From positions 4,000,001-4,064,000 of the forward strand of contig CAVUSO010000001.1 in NCBI GenBank assembly GCA_963744145.1: a stretch of 64,000 nucleotides of DNA, written 5' to 3'. Of the stretch, positions 39,931 to 49,341 are shown one piece after another. The stretch's first letter is position 1; the number at the start of each line of letters is the position of its first letter. Below the pieces are notes generated by a model. It did not search any database. It saw only the letters and a list, made by a program, of their open reading frames with translations, and was not told the DNA's origin. This DNA comes from an uncultured cyanobacterium. GTDB taxonomy: Bacteria > Cyanobacteriota > Cyanobacteriia > Cyanobacteriales > CAWUOF01. Both the position numbers and the translations under genes were made by a program.

Positions 39931-40854
39931 ATGACTAAACAACTTAGTTTTTATTTAGATGGTGCTGCAAGTCAAGTAAATGTGAATGCAGTATTTGCCC
40001 GCCATGAAACATTTCATCCTCGGTTTGGCTGGATTAAAAAAGGTTTTGATGCAGCGATGGAAGATCCAAGTATTTTTAATGTTGATAATGCTCCAGTGCG
40101 ATTAGGCGTTGGAAAAAATATGGTCAATGCAATTCGTTATTGGTGTAATACTTTTAAAGTTTTGGAGGATGATATGCCAACAAAGTTTGGTGAAAGTCTT
40201 TTGGCTACTAATGGTTGGGACCCGTTTTTAGAAGATCCAGCTTCATTATGGTTACTACATTGGAATCTTCTCAAACCACCATGTAATGCAACCACTTGGT
40301 ATTTTGCATTTAATATTTTCCACCAAGTTCAATTTTCTCAAGATGAATTTTTTAATGCTCTATGTAACTATAAAGACACAGTTGCTGCTCGAATAGTTGA
40401 ATCTTCGGTTAAAAAAGACGTTAGTTGTATTTTCAGAATGTATGTTAAACAAGTAGTTTCCAAAATAGGTGTTAGCGAAGATACTTTAGATTGTCCCTTT
40501 ACTGAATTAGGTATTATCCATACTGCTGGAGACTCTAGACATTATACTTTTCGAGTTGGCTCTAAGCCTACTTTACCACCAGCTCTAATTGTTGCTGCTT
40601 GTTTGGAGTATGCTAGTTGGGTAGCACGCGAACAAAGAACTATTTCTATTTCTCGTCTTCTCTATACTATTGGTAGTCCTGGAGTAATTTTTAAATTGAC
40701 AGAAAATGCTATTTGTGATGCTATTGAACGAGTAGCAAGACACTCAAACTTAATTGCGCTCTCAGAATCTGCTGGTTTAATTCAATTTTCCTACAATTCC
40801 GATCCAGAAGAGTTAGCAAATAGTATTCTAGATAGGTACTATCTTAGTAGATAA
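39931..40854 (+). CDS. sspB: DUF4007 family protein, SspB-like
   Basis: FARHETFHPRFGWIKKG, LGVGKNMVNAIRYW, DPFLEDPASLWLLHW, CPFTELG. Confidence 0.82.
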   Translation: MTKQLSFYLDGAASQVNVNAVFARHETFHPRFGWIKKGFDAAMEDPSIFNVDNAPVRLGVGKNMVNAIRYWCNTFKVLEDDMPTKFGESLLATNGWDPFLEDPASLWLLHWNLLKPPCNATTWYFAFNIFHQVQFSQDEFFNALCNYKDTVAARIVESSVKKDVSCIFRMYVKQVVSKIGVSEDTLDCPFTELGIIHTAGDSRHYTFRVGSKPTLPPALIVAACLEYASWVAREQRTISISRLLYTIGSPGVIFKLTENAICDAIERVARHSNLIALSESAGLIQFSYNSDPEELANSILDRYYLSR

Positions 40855-40892
40855 AACCATTCAATCAACCAGTCAACCACAAGGAATCAATA

Positions 40893-43800
40893 ATGAATAA
40901 GCAGTTATCCCAATATTTTAGTCTTAAACGTCGTTATTTTCGTTCTATTAACTTAGAACGGGATTTAGATAAAGTGGATGCCTTAGAAGGCTATATTCCA
41001 ACAGAAAGGGCACTTGAAGTAATTAAGCGTATTGTAGCAGGATTAAATGGGACTTCTAATCATCTAGCATGGACAGTAACCGGAGTATATGGTACTGGTA
41101 AATCAGCCTTTGCTCATTTTCTGACTTCTTTGTGTGCCCCTAACAATAGTCAGATGCGACAAGAAGCATTGAAAATAGCTGCTACTGCATTTGAAATTGA
41201 TAGTCTAGAATATCAAACCCTAAATGAAACTATTCCAACCCAAGGGTTATTTCGAGCTGTGGCTACTGCCCAAAGAGAACCATTAAGTAACACAATTATT
41301 AGGGCAATTTATCGCGGAACTAATCTATTTTGGACGCCACAAGAATGTTCTAAGATGAGTATTTGTAGAGAACTTGTAGATTTAAATGCTGAGATAAACA
41401 ATGGTGCTATTATAGATAGTCGTCGCGTTTTAAAATTAGTACAAGAATTAGCTATCAAAGCTAAAACTGGTATCTTATTAATTGTTGATGAGTTAGGAAA
41501 AAACTTAGAATTTGCTGTCCAAAATCAAGGGTTTGAGGATTTATATTTGTTTCAGCAGTTGGCTGAACTGCCTAAAAACAAAAATTGTCAGATTTATATT
41601 CTTGGCTTATTACACCAATCTTTTGCTGATTATGGAGAGAGATTAGCATCTGTCCAGCGGAATGAATGGGCTAAAATTCAGGGAAGATTTGAGGATATTC
41701 CTTTTAAAGACTCAGATACACAAATGATGAGTTTAATCGGTCAAGCTATTGACTCATCAAAGGCTGAACCATTCTTTGATAAGATTCAAGATCAAGTATC
41801 AGACTGGTTTGAATATTTACCTAGTGAGATTACTAATGATATTGCTAAGTCAATTTTTACTAATGCTTATCCATTACATCCGATCGCAACGTTAGTTTTA
41901 CCCAAATTATGCACTCGTTATGCCCAAAATGATCGTTCTCTTTTTACCTTTCTTACCAGTGCTGAACCTTATTCGTTTCAAAACTATTTAGAGGAAGCTA
42001 CTGTAGAAGAAATTACTGTAGAGGAAATTAATGCACTTTCAGGAAGTATTTTACCAACTCTAAAACTAGATCGAGTTTATGATTACTTTATAGAAGCTGT
42101 AGGGTTAGGGTTAGCATCTAGACCTAATTTACAACGTTGGGTAGAAATTCAAACATTAATCAATGATGCTAAAAGTTTAGAGGAAGATAGTTTACGAGTA
42201 TTAAAGACAATTGGTATTTTAAACTTAGTTACTACCACAAGTCCTTTGAGAGCTACTCGAACTTTAGTTACACTAGCTATGTGTGATTTTGCTACAGATG
42301 ATAACAAGGCACTATGGGAGCAAGAGATTGATAATCTTTTACAAAAAGGTATTCTTACTTATCGGCGACAATTAGATGAGTTAAGAATTTGGCAAGGGTC
42401 TGATTTTAATGTTGATATTGAATTATCTAAATACCTTGAACAAGAGCGTTCACATTTAGTTAATCTTTTGTCTGATCTTCGTCCTTTAAGTCCTTTAGTT
42501 GTACAACGTCACAGTTATACAAAGGGAACATTGCGTTATTTTGAACGTAGGTATTTAGATGGAAGAGAAAAACTAAATGGGCTTCAATGTACTAATTCTG
42601 ATTGTGATGGTTTAGTAGGGTACTGGGTAGACAATAAACTACCTGATGCAGTTCCAAGTGAAACAGCAGATGGCAAACCGTTAATTATTTTAGCAGCGGT
42701 TAAACTAGATTTATTGCAGATTAGAGCAAAGGAATTTGCAGCCTTAAAAAAAATTCAAACAAATGCGATCGAATTACAAACCGATGGAGTAGCAAGGCAA
42801 GAAGTGCGTTATCGGCTGATCCAGGCTGAAGAATTATTGGATGAGATGCTGGCAATATCATTTGATGTAGCTACTTATAAAAATCCTTGTTGGGTGCTGG
42901 GAAAATCGGAAACGATTAGTCATATCAAAGATTTTAATGCTAAATTATCTGATGTTTGCGACCAGGTTTATAGTTTCAGTCTAACCCTGTGGAATGAGTT
43001 AATTAATCGTCGAGAGTTAACTTCCCAAGGGTCAAAAGCAAGAAGAGAATTAATTGAGGCTATGCTGGAACATCCTGAAGAAGAAATACTTGGACTTTCA
43101 GGGTATGGTCCGGAAGTAAGTATGTATTATTCAGTGTTAAATGAAACAGGTATTCATCGCCAACAAGATGATGTCTGGGGATTTTACCCACCCAATGAAA
43201 ATTCTGGTGTTAGTACAATTTGGCAAGTAATTGAGGAGTTTTGTTTTTCTGCTAAGGACAAACAAAAAACATTAGATCATCTCTACACCCAACTGGCAGC
43301 ACCACCCTATGGAATTAAACAAGGGGTTATTCCAGTATTACTCGCAGCAGTTTTGCTCTATCATGTTGATGATGTGGGAGTTTATAAAGAAGGTACATTT
43401 ATTCCTGTTTTGGGAATAGAACATTTTGAACTGCTGCTCAAAGACCATTCTCGTTTTAGTGTTAAATATTTTGAAATAGTGGGATTGCGATCGCAGGTTT
43501 TTAAGGAACTGGAGATGATCTTGCGATCGCCTAATGCCCAAAAGTTAGTAGGGATTAGAAATACTACCTTGTTAGCTGTAGTGCGGCCATTATTTCAGTT
43601 TGTGAAAAAACTACCTGCCTATACTAAGAAAACCAAACGTTTTAGTCCTGAAGGTTTAGCCGTATTGCAAACTTTACAGAAAGCCCAGGAACCAGATGAA
43701 TTGTTATTTAATTCCTTGCCAAAAGCCTGCGGCTTACCTCCAATCATGGTAAATGCTGAGGTAGATGAGGTAAATAATGAGGGTGATGGTACTATTGCCA

Positions 43801-44453
43801 AAACTTTACGCAAGAAATTAGTCACAGCACTACATGAAATTCAAACCGCCTATGATCGTTTATTAGCTGAGTGTCAATCTTTATTACATAGTGCCTTTGC
43901 GGTGAGGAGTGATGAGCATAGACTGCGGGAAGACTTACGGGTGAGAGCAAGCTATCTATCTGGCCAATGTATAGAACCTCGAATTAAGAGTTTTGTGAAC
44001 GCAGCAACCAATGAAACTTCAGTAGACTCAGAATGGTTAGAGGCTTTGGTCATGATTGTGGCTGATAGGCCAGCAGAGTCGTGGACTGATGAAGATGTTA
44101 CAAATTTTGAAGTTAAGCTTTCGGATTTGGCCAGACGGTTCAAAAATTTAGAGGCGATTCAGAAAGACGCGCAAACCCATACTAAAGAAGGATTTGAGGC
44201 AAGAAAAATCACGGTAACTCGTCCGGATGGACAGGAAACCCATTCTCTAGTTTGGTTTGATCATGAAAATAAAACTAAAATTCAAGATATAACTAAGAAA
44301 CTGTTGGGAATATTAAATGAGTATGAGCCACGGCTATGGCAAGCTGTGGTAACTGAGTTAACTGAACAAGTTATGAGGGTAACGCCCTCTGATGGTGTAG
44401 CCCAACAGCGGGAAAAACGTCAAAAAGGGAAGGATGAGCAAAAAACCAGTTAG
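40893..44453 (+). CDS. sspC: Large P-loop ATPase, SspC-like
   Basis: RSINLERD, Walker A GVYGTGKS, Walker B LIVDELGKNLE, EWAKIQGRF, YPLHP, QNDRSLFTFL, PPYG. Confidence 0.78.
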   Translation: MNKQLSQYFSLKRRYFRSINLERDLDKVDALEGYIPTERALEVIKRIVAGLNGTSNHLAWTVTGVYGTGKSAFAHFLTSLCAPNNSQMRQEALKIAATAFEIDSLEYQTLNETIPTQGLFRAVATAQREPLSNTIIRAIYRGTNLFWTPQECSKMSICRELVDLNAEINNGAIIDSRRVLKLVQELAIKAKTGILLIVDELGKNLEFAVQNQGFEDLYLFQQLAELPKNKNCQIYILGLLHQSFADYGERLASVQRNEWAKIQGRFEDIPFKDSDTQMMSLIGQAIDSSKAEPFFDKIQDQVSDWFEYLPSEITNDIAKSIFTNAYPLHPIATLVLPKLCTRYAQNDRSLFTFLTSAEPYSFQNYLEEATVEEITVEEINALSGSILPTLKLDRVYDYFIEAVGLGLASRPNLQRWVEIQTLINDAKSLEEDSLRVLKTIGILNLVTTTSPLRATRTLVTLAMCDFATDDNKALWEQEIDNLLQKGILTYRRQLDELRIWQGSDFNVDIELSKYLEQERSHLVNLLSDLRPLSPLVVQRHSYTKGTLRYFERRYLDGREKLNGLQCTNSDCDGLVGYWVDNKLPDAVPSETADGKPLIILAAVKLDLLQIRAKEFAALKKIQTNAIELQTDGVARQEVRYRLIQAEELLDEMLAISFDVATYKNPCWVLGKSETISHIKDFNAKLSDVCDQVYSFSLTLWNELINRRELTSQGSKARRELIEAMLEHPEEEILGLSGYGPEVSMYYSVLNETGIHRQQDDVWGFYPPNENSGVSTIWQVIEEFCFSAKDKQKTLDHLYTQLAAPPYGIKQGVIPVLLAAVLLYHVDDVGVYKEGTFIPVLGIEHFELLLKDHSRFSVKYFEIVGLRSQVFKELEMILRSPNAQKLVGIRNTTLLAVVRPLFQFVKKLPAYTKKTKRFSPEGLAVLQTLQKAQEPDELLFNSLPKACGLPPIMVNAEVDEVNNEGDGTIAKTLRKKLVTALHEIQTAYDRLLAECQSLLHSAFAVRSDEHRLREDLRVRASYLSGQCIEPRIKSFVNAATNETSVDSEWLEALVMIVADRPAESWTDEDVTNFEVKLSDLARRFKNLEAIQKDAQTHTKEGFEARKITVTRPDGQETHSLVWFDHENKTKIQDITKKLLGILNEYEPRLWQAVVTELTEQVMRVTPSDGVAQQREKRQKGKDEQKTS

Positions 44454-45234
44454 GCATATTCTTGGGTTATCTGGTGGAAAAGACAGTACAGCCTTAGCAG
44501 TTTTGCTGTACAAGGAGATCCCGCAGATGGAATATTTTTTCTGTGACACTCATAAAGAATTGCCAGAAACTTACGAATATCTGGAGCGGATTAAAGCCCG
44601 TCTGGGTATTAAGATCCATTACTTAAGTGCTAATAGGGGGTTTGACCATTGGCTAGATATTCATGATGGATTGTTACCATCGCCCCAAATGCGCTGGTGT
44701 ACCGTCATGATGAAAATTAAACCTCTTGAGGATTTTGTCGGTAATGATGAAACCATTAGTTACATAGGTATTAGAGCAGATGAAAACCGCGAGGGGTATA
44801 TTTCTACTAAGCCAAATATTAAGCCTGTCTTTCCATTTAAAGAACGTGGATTAGTTAAAGCTGATATCTTCCGTATTCTTGAAGAAACTGGGATAGGACT
44901 GCCAGATTATTATCGTTGGCGTAGTCGTTCTGGTTGTTTTTTCTGCTTTTTCCAACGTAAGTATGAGTGGGTTATGTTAGCACAAGAACATCCAGAGCTA
45001 TTTGCTGAAGCGGTTAAATACGAGCAAGGACATAAAGATGGGCGAACTTATACATGGATTCAAGGTGAGACTTTGTTGAAATTGCTAGAGCGTAAAGATG
45101 TGATTATTGCTCAACATGAAAAGTCAATTGCTAAGGAGAAAAAGACAGATCTAAATCGTCCATTAGCTGAAGTACTAGCTTCAGCTTTAGATGATGAAGA
45201 TAATGCTTTGCCATGTTTAGCTTGTCATCTTTAG
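44434..45234 (+). CDS. sspD: PAPS reductase family protein, SspD/DndC-like
   Basis: PP-loop LSGGKDS, RWCT..MKIKP, GIRADE, RSGCFFC, terminal CLACHL; overlaps sspC. Confidence 0.82.
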   Translation: MSKKPVRHILGLSGGKDSTALAVLLYKEIPQMEYFFCDTHKELPETYEYLERIKARLGIKIHYLSANRGFDHWLDIHDGLLPSPQMRWCTVMMKIKPLEDFVGNDETISYIGIRADENREGYISTKPNIKPVFPFKERGLVKADIFRILEETGIGLPDYYRWRSRSGCFFCFFQRKYEWVMLAQEHPELFAEAVKYEQGHKDGRTYTWIQGETLLKLLERKDVIIAQHEKSIAKEKKTDLNRPLAEVLASALDDEDNALPCLACHL

Positions 45235-45284
45235 GTAGTAAATAGTAACAAAAAAAAGGTAAAATTTTTTGAGGTTATTTGATA

Positions 45285-47057
45285 ATGACTGAACAGAATA
45301 AGAATTCTTTAGTTGATGTTGACCTAGCTATAGATGCAAGTAGAGTATGTTTTGGATTGAGTCGGATTGGATACACTCCTGCCAGTGCTTTATGTGACAT
45401 AATAGATAACTCAGTTCAAGCTGGAGCTAGAATTATTAATATATTGATTAGAAAAAATAGAGATGATTTAGGTGATAATCGCAAGAACAATGTCAAAGAA
45501 TACATTGTTGTTGATGATGGTAAGGGAATGAGTAATGAAGGTATTCAAAATTCTCTAAAATTAGGGGCTTCTGCGGATAACTATGAATATAACTCTCTAT
45601 CAAAATTTGGTCTAGGCTTGAAGTCTGCTGCGTTTTCTCAAGGGGAAGAACTTCAGGTTATATCTTCAACAGGTGAAGGATTTAATAAATATATAATATC
45701 TCTTCCAGCAATTGCAGATAAACAAAAATATTTTGCTTCTCGATTAGATTTAGATGAATTTGATCAAGAATTGATCCATAAGTATCTATCATCAAAACAA
45801 GGAACAATCATTAGAGTGACACAAATTAGGATGATTAATCATCCTAGTGTAAAAAATACAATTGAAGAATTAAAAACCAAAGTAGGAACTATATATTACT
45901 ACTTTATGAAGGATGGTTTAGATATTAAAATTGACGATGAATCAATAGAGCCATTTGATGTACTTTGTGTTGAAGAAGCTAACTCTAATGGCAATTTAGA
46001 TGAAAACGAATGGGATGGCAAAACAGTTAAATGGATAGAAAAAGAAAAAGAAATAACTCTTGATGCCGATGCTAATGTTAAAGCAAAAATAGAAATAACT
46101 CAACTTCCTTATCCACCACTTTTTGAATTAGAAAAACCTGGAGAGCAAAAGAAAATCAGGGATAAATACAAGATTGATGCTGGTAATTATGGATTTTATG
46201 TTTACAGAAACAAACGCTTAATTTCGTGGGCAGAATCTTTTAACGGAATTATTCCTCCAGACCAAGAATTATACGCCTTTAGAGGTCGTATATTGATTGA
46301 TGAATCAGCCGACGATAGCTTTAATATCGATGTTAAAAAGTCAACCATAACTTTATCTGATGAAGCACTTAACGAAATTAGTGACCGTTCTGATGAATAT
46401 AAACGCAAAAGTAGAAAAGCTTGGAGACGAGCTAACTCCCTAAGAAAACAAATGTTAGGGAGAGATCCAAATTCTACCTCTAATAGTATTGCGTCTGAAT
46501 TTGAACCTCCAGATTTTCTTCCTGGGGAACAACTCCCTACTGTACAAATAGAGAATGAAAAAAATAAAAGAGAAAAAGAGATAGAGACTGAAATGCTCTC
46601 TAGAATCCGGAGAATTGCTGCGCGAGATAAAGGTGAATCTGAAGGACGGAAAATTACTGAGGATGAATTAGAGAAAAGCGATCTTGAAATAGCACTTAAA
46701 GGGAAGTCAAACCCAGAAGCCAGCAAAATTTATAGAGTAGAATCAGTTGAAGATAATGCTCTTTGGGAGCCTTACTATGATACCGATCATGGAGGTTGTG
46801 TAAGAATTAACAAAGGTCATAGGTTTGCCAGATTAGTTTTTGAAGATAATATTGACAATACTGATTTACAGGTGATTTTTGATTTATTGTTATTGCAATT
46901 AGCAACAGCAGAAACTTATATTCAAAAATCAATTACTTCTTCTCCACGCTCTGAAATTGAGAAATTAACTTCTGAATATAGGCGTATTACTTCAGAATAT
47001 TTGGCAGCTTTGTGTCGAAATCGCGAAGGAAAACTTCCTCCTATTAGAGAATCATAG
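45285..47057 (+). CDS. GHKL (HATPase_c_3/MORC-like) ATPase 1
   Basis: ALCDIIDNSVQA, VVDDGKGM, SKFGLGLKSA, GTIIRV, GFYVYRNKRLI. Confidence 0.85.
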   Translation: MTEQNKNSLVDVDLAIDASRVCFGLSRIGYTPASALCDIIDNSVQAGARIINILIRKNRDDLGDNRKNNVKEYIVVDDGKGMSNEGIQNSLKLGASADNYEYNSLSKFGLGLKSAAFSQGEELQVISSTGEGFNKYIISLPAIADKQKYFASRLDLDEFDQELIHKYLSSKQGTIIRVTQIRMINHPSVKNTIEELKTKVGTIYYYFMKDGLDIKIDDESIEPFDVLCVEEANSNGNLDENEWDGKTVKWIEKEKEITLDADANVKAKIEITQLPYPPLFELEKPGEQKKIRDKYKIDAGNYGFYVYRNKRLISWAESFNGIIPPDQELYAFRGRILIDESADDSFNIDVKKSTITLSDEALNEISDRSDEYKRKSRKAWRRANSLRKQMLGRDPNSTSNSIASEFEPPDFLPGEQLPTVQIENEKNKREKEIETEMLSRIRRIAARDKGESEGRKITEDELEKSDLEIALKGKSNPEASKIYRVESVEDNALWEPYYDTDHGGCVRINKGHRFARLVFEDNIDNTDLQVIFDLLLLQLATAETYIQKSITSSPRSEIEKLTSEYRRITSEYLAALCRNREGKLPPIRES

Positions 47058-47059
47058 AT

Positions 47060-47570
47060 ATGAATATTTTAGGACAGCCTATTTGGAGCTTAATATCTAC
47101 TTGCTTTAATGGTTCTGATATAGCTTACATATATTTATGGATATCAAAAAAATATAAAGTTATATATGTAGGTCAGACAAACGGAAAACGAGGCTCTTTT
47201 GGTAGAGCTTTTAGTCACATCCAAGATGGCGGTACTCTTCGATTACAGTTTGAAGAAAAAGTTGGTATCAAGCTAGAAGAAGCAGATGATTTAGTTCTTG
47301 TATCTTATCCTCTTCCTCAGCAGCAAGAATATATGAGCATAGAATCCTCATATCGTGAGGCTATCGAATATCTAGTTCAGATAAAACTAAGAGATATTCG
47401 AGGAAAATTAGAATCCTAAATTTAATTTAATTTCTAATATTAGGTCTTCAGATAGAGTCCCAAATTGTACTCTAGAAAAGTACGCAGACGAAATTGTTAA
47501 AAATTTTCAAGACAATTATTCTAAGATAGGCATAAAAACACAAATAACTCAGGATAAAATTAATTTTTAA
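47060..47570 (+). pseudogene. GIY-YIG-like nuclease with a +1 frameshift near 47411
   Basis: YIY...IYVGQT, GR..SH, REAIE; the shifted frame continues NPKFNLISN... for 52 codons to TAA 47568-47570. Confidence 0.55.
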
Positions 47571-47601
47571 TTAGACTTAAGAATATATAAGAGTAGCCTA
47601 A

Positions 47602-49230
47602 TTGAGATTCGACGACCTACTATCACGAGCAGACGACAAGACGCTACAAAGCTTACTTGGTAGCGCCGCAGTACGCCTAATCAGACTTCTCGACCCTAGT
47701 CTTGCTACCCCAACTCGCCTGCGAGAAATTTTACTCAGCCTGCACTCACGCGAGAGTTTATTGCTATCCAAAAACTCTCGTTTGTGTCTTTTTGAACTTT
47801 TACGACCACAAGAAGCTAAAATCCTTGCTTTAATTCTAGATGCTCCAAATCATCAAGATATCTACCAATCTTTAAAAAAAGTCAAAATTCGTCGTGGTTC
47901 CGATCGGGAACGCGCTCTTTTTGACTTCTTTGAACTGAGTGTACCCGAAATTGAAGTAGCTATAGAAGCCGCATCAGTAGAGTTAACAACACCTAAATAC
48001 CCATTATTCGCACATCAACGCCGCGCCGCACAGCAGGTCAAACAGTACCTTACCCAAGACCCCCGGCGCGTTCTACTACATTTACCTACTGGAGCGGGAA
48101 AGACGCGCACCGCTATGAATGTTATTGCAGATCACCTACGATCGCATGAACCGACCATTGTAATCTGGTTAGCCTATAGTGAAGAACTCTGCGAACAAGC
48201 TGTGGCAGAATTTAAACGCGCATGGGAATATCTTGGCGATCGCCAACTCGTAGTCTACCGTTTCTGGGGAACTCACGAAATAAACTTAGAGCAAGTGCGT
48301 GATGGTATTGTCGTCGCTGGACTTTCTAAAGTCTATAACGCAGTCAGACGTAGCATTAGATTTATTAACCAACTTGGTGCGCGTGCTTCCTTAGTTATTA
48401 TTGATGAAGCACACCAAGCGATCGCCGAAACTTATCAATTAATTCTCGATGCTTTAGTGATTCCCTATAAAAACACAGCACTGCTAGGATTAACAGCAAC
48501 CCCAGGGCGCACCTGGGCTGATATTAGTACAGATGCTAAATTAGCTCAATTTTTTGCCAACCATAAAGTTACTTTGGAAATTCCTGGTTATGAAAATCCT
48601 ATAGAGTATTTGGTGGCAGAGAAATATTTAGCAAAAGCACAGTATCGCTCCCTATTTTATGAAAGCGGCTTAAAGTTAACTGAAAGAGACTTAGCGCAGA
48701 TTGAAACAGATTTAGAAATTCCATCATATATTCTTAATCAATTAGCTGAAGATGAACAACGCAACCTAAGAATTATTTTAGAAATTGAAAAACTCACTTA
48801 TCGACATCAGCGAATTTTAGTGTTTGCTATTTCTGTAGAACACGCTCGACTCTTAGCCTGTGTACTCCAAATCAGGGGTCTAAAAGCAAGTGCTATAACA
48901 GCTAATACGCCTCCCCAACAGCGAGAGCATTTAATCACTAGCTTTAAAGATAATTCAACAGATCCCAAAATACTTTGTAACTTTGGTGTCCTCACTACAG
49001 GATTTGACGCACCACGCACCAGCGCCGCTGTAATTACCCGTCCTATAAAATCTCTGGTTCTTTATAGTCAAATGGTAGGGCGTGCGATTCGAGGACTGAA
49101 GGCAGGAGGCAATGAAACCGCAGAAATAATCACTGTTGTTGACAGTAACTTGCCAGGATTTGGTTCGGTAGCAGAAGCTTTTAGTAACTGGGAAGATGTG
49201 TGGAATTTAACCAAAAATAAAACTGAATGA
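47602..49230 (+). CDS. SF2 DEAD/DEAH (ResIII-type) helicase
   Basis: LPTGAGKT, IIDEAH, GLTATP, VLTTGFDAP, QMVGRAIR. Confidence 0.9.
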   Translation: MRFDDLLSRADDKTLQSLLGSAAVRLIRLLDPSLATPTRLREILLSLHSRESLLLSKNSRLCLFELLRPQEAKILALILDAPNHQDIYQSLKKVKIRRGSDRERALFDFFELSVPEIEVAIEAASVELTTPKYPLFAHQRRAAQQVKQYLTQDPRRVLLHLPTGAGKTRTAMNVIADHLRSHEPTIVIWLAYSEELCEQAVAEFKRAWEYLGDRQLVVYRFWGTHEINLEQVRDGIVVAGLSKVYNAVRRSIRFINQLGARASLVIIDEAHQAIAETYQLILDALVIPYKNTALLGLTATPGRTWADISTDAKLAQFFANHKVTLEIPGYENPIEYLVAEKYLAKAQYRSLFYESGLKLTERDLAQIETDLEIPSYILNQLAEDEQRNLRIILEIEKLTYRHQRILVFAISVEHARLLACVLQIRGLKASAITANTPPQQREHLITSFKDNSTDPKILCNFGVLTTGFDAPRTSAAVITRPIKSLVLYSQMVGRAIRGLKAGGNETAEIITVVDSNLPGFGSVAEAFSNWEDVWNLTKNKTE

Positions 49231-49341
49231 TTTGTCTAAATTATTAGAAATTTTCTCATTTAGCTACAATTGTTATTTTAGTTAAATTTTGGGTAAATAT
49301 AAAATAGAGCGTTTTTAGATTATGTTGGACACTTCACACAA

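Noticed and set aside
39931..45234. BREX type 4 or classical DndABCDE
   Set aside because: No PglZ or BrxL, and no DndB/DndD/DndE recognised; separate DUF4007, ATPase and PAPS reductase fit sspBCD better
46202..46726. 174-aa minus-strand ORF, and similar antisense ORFs inside long genes
   Set aside because: Ser/Leu/Phe-rich antisense shadow of a GHKL gene, no motifs
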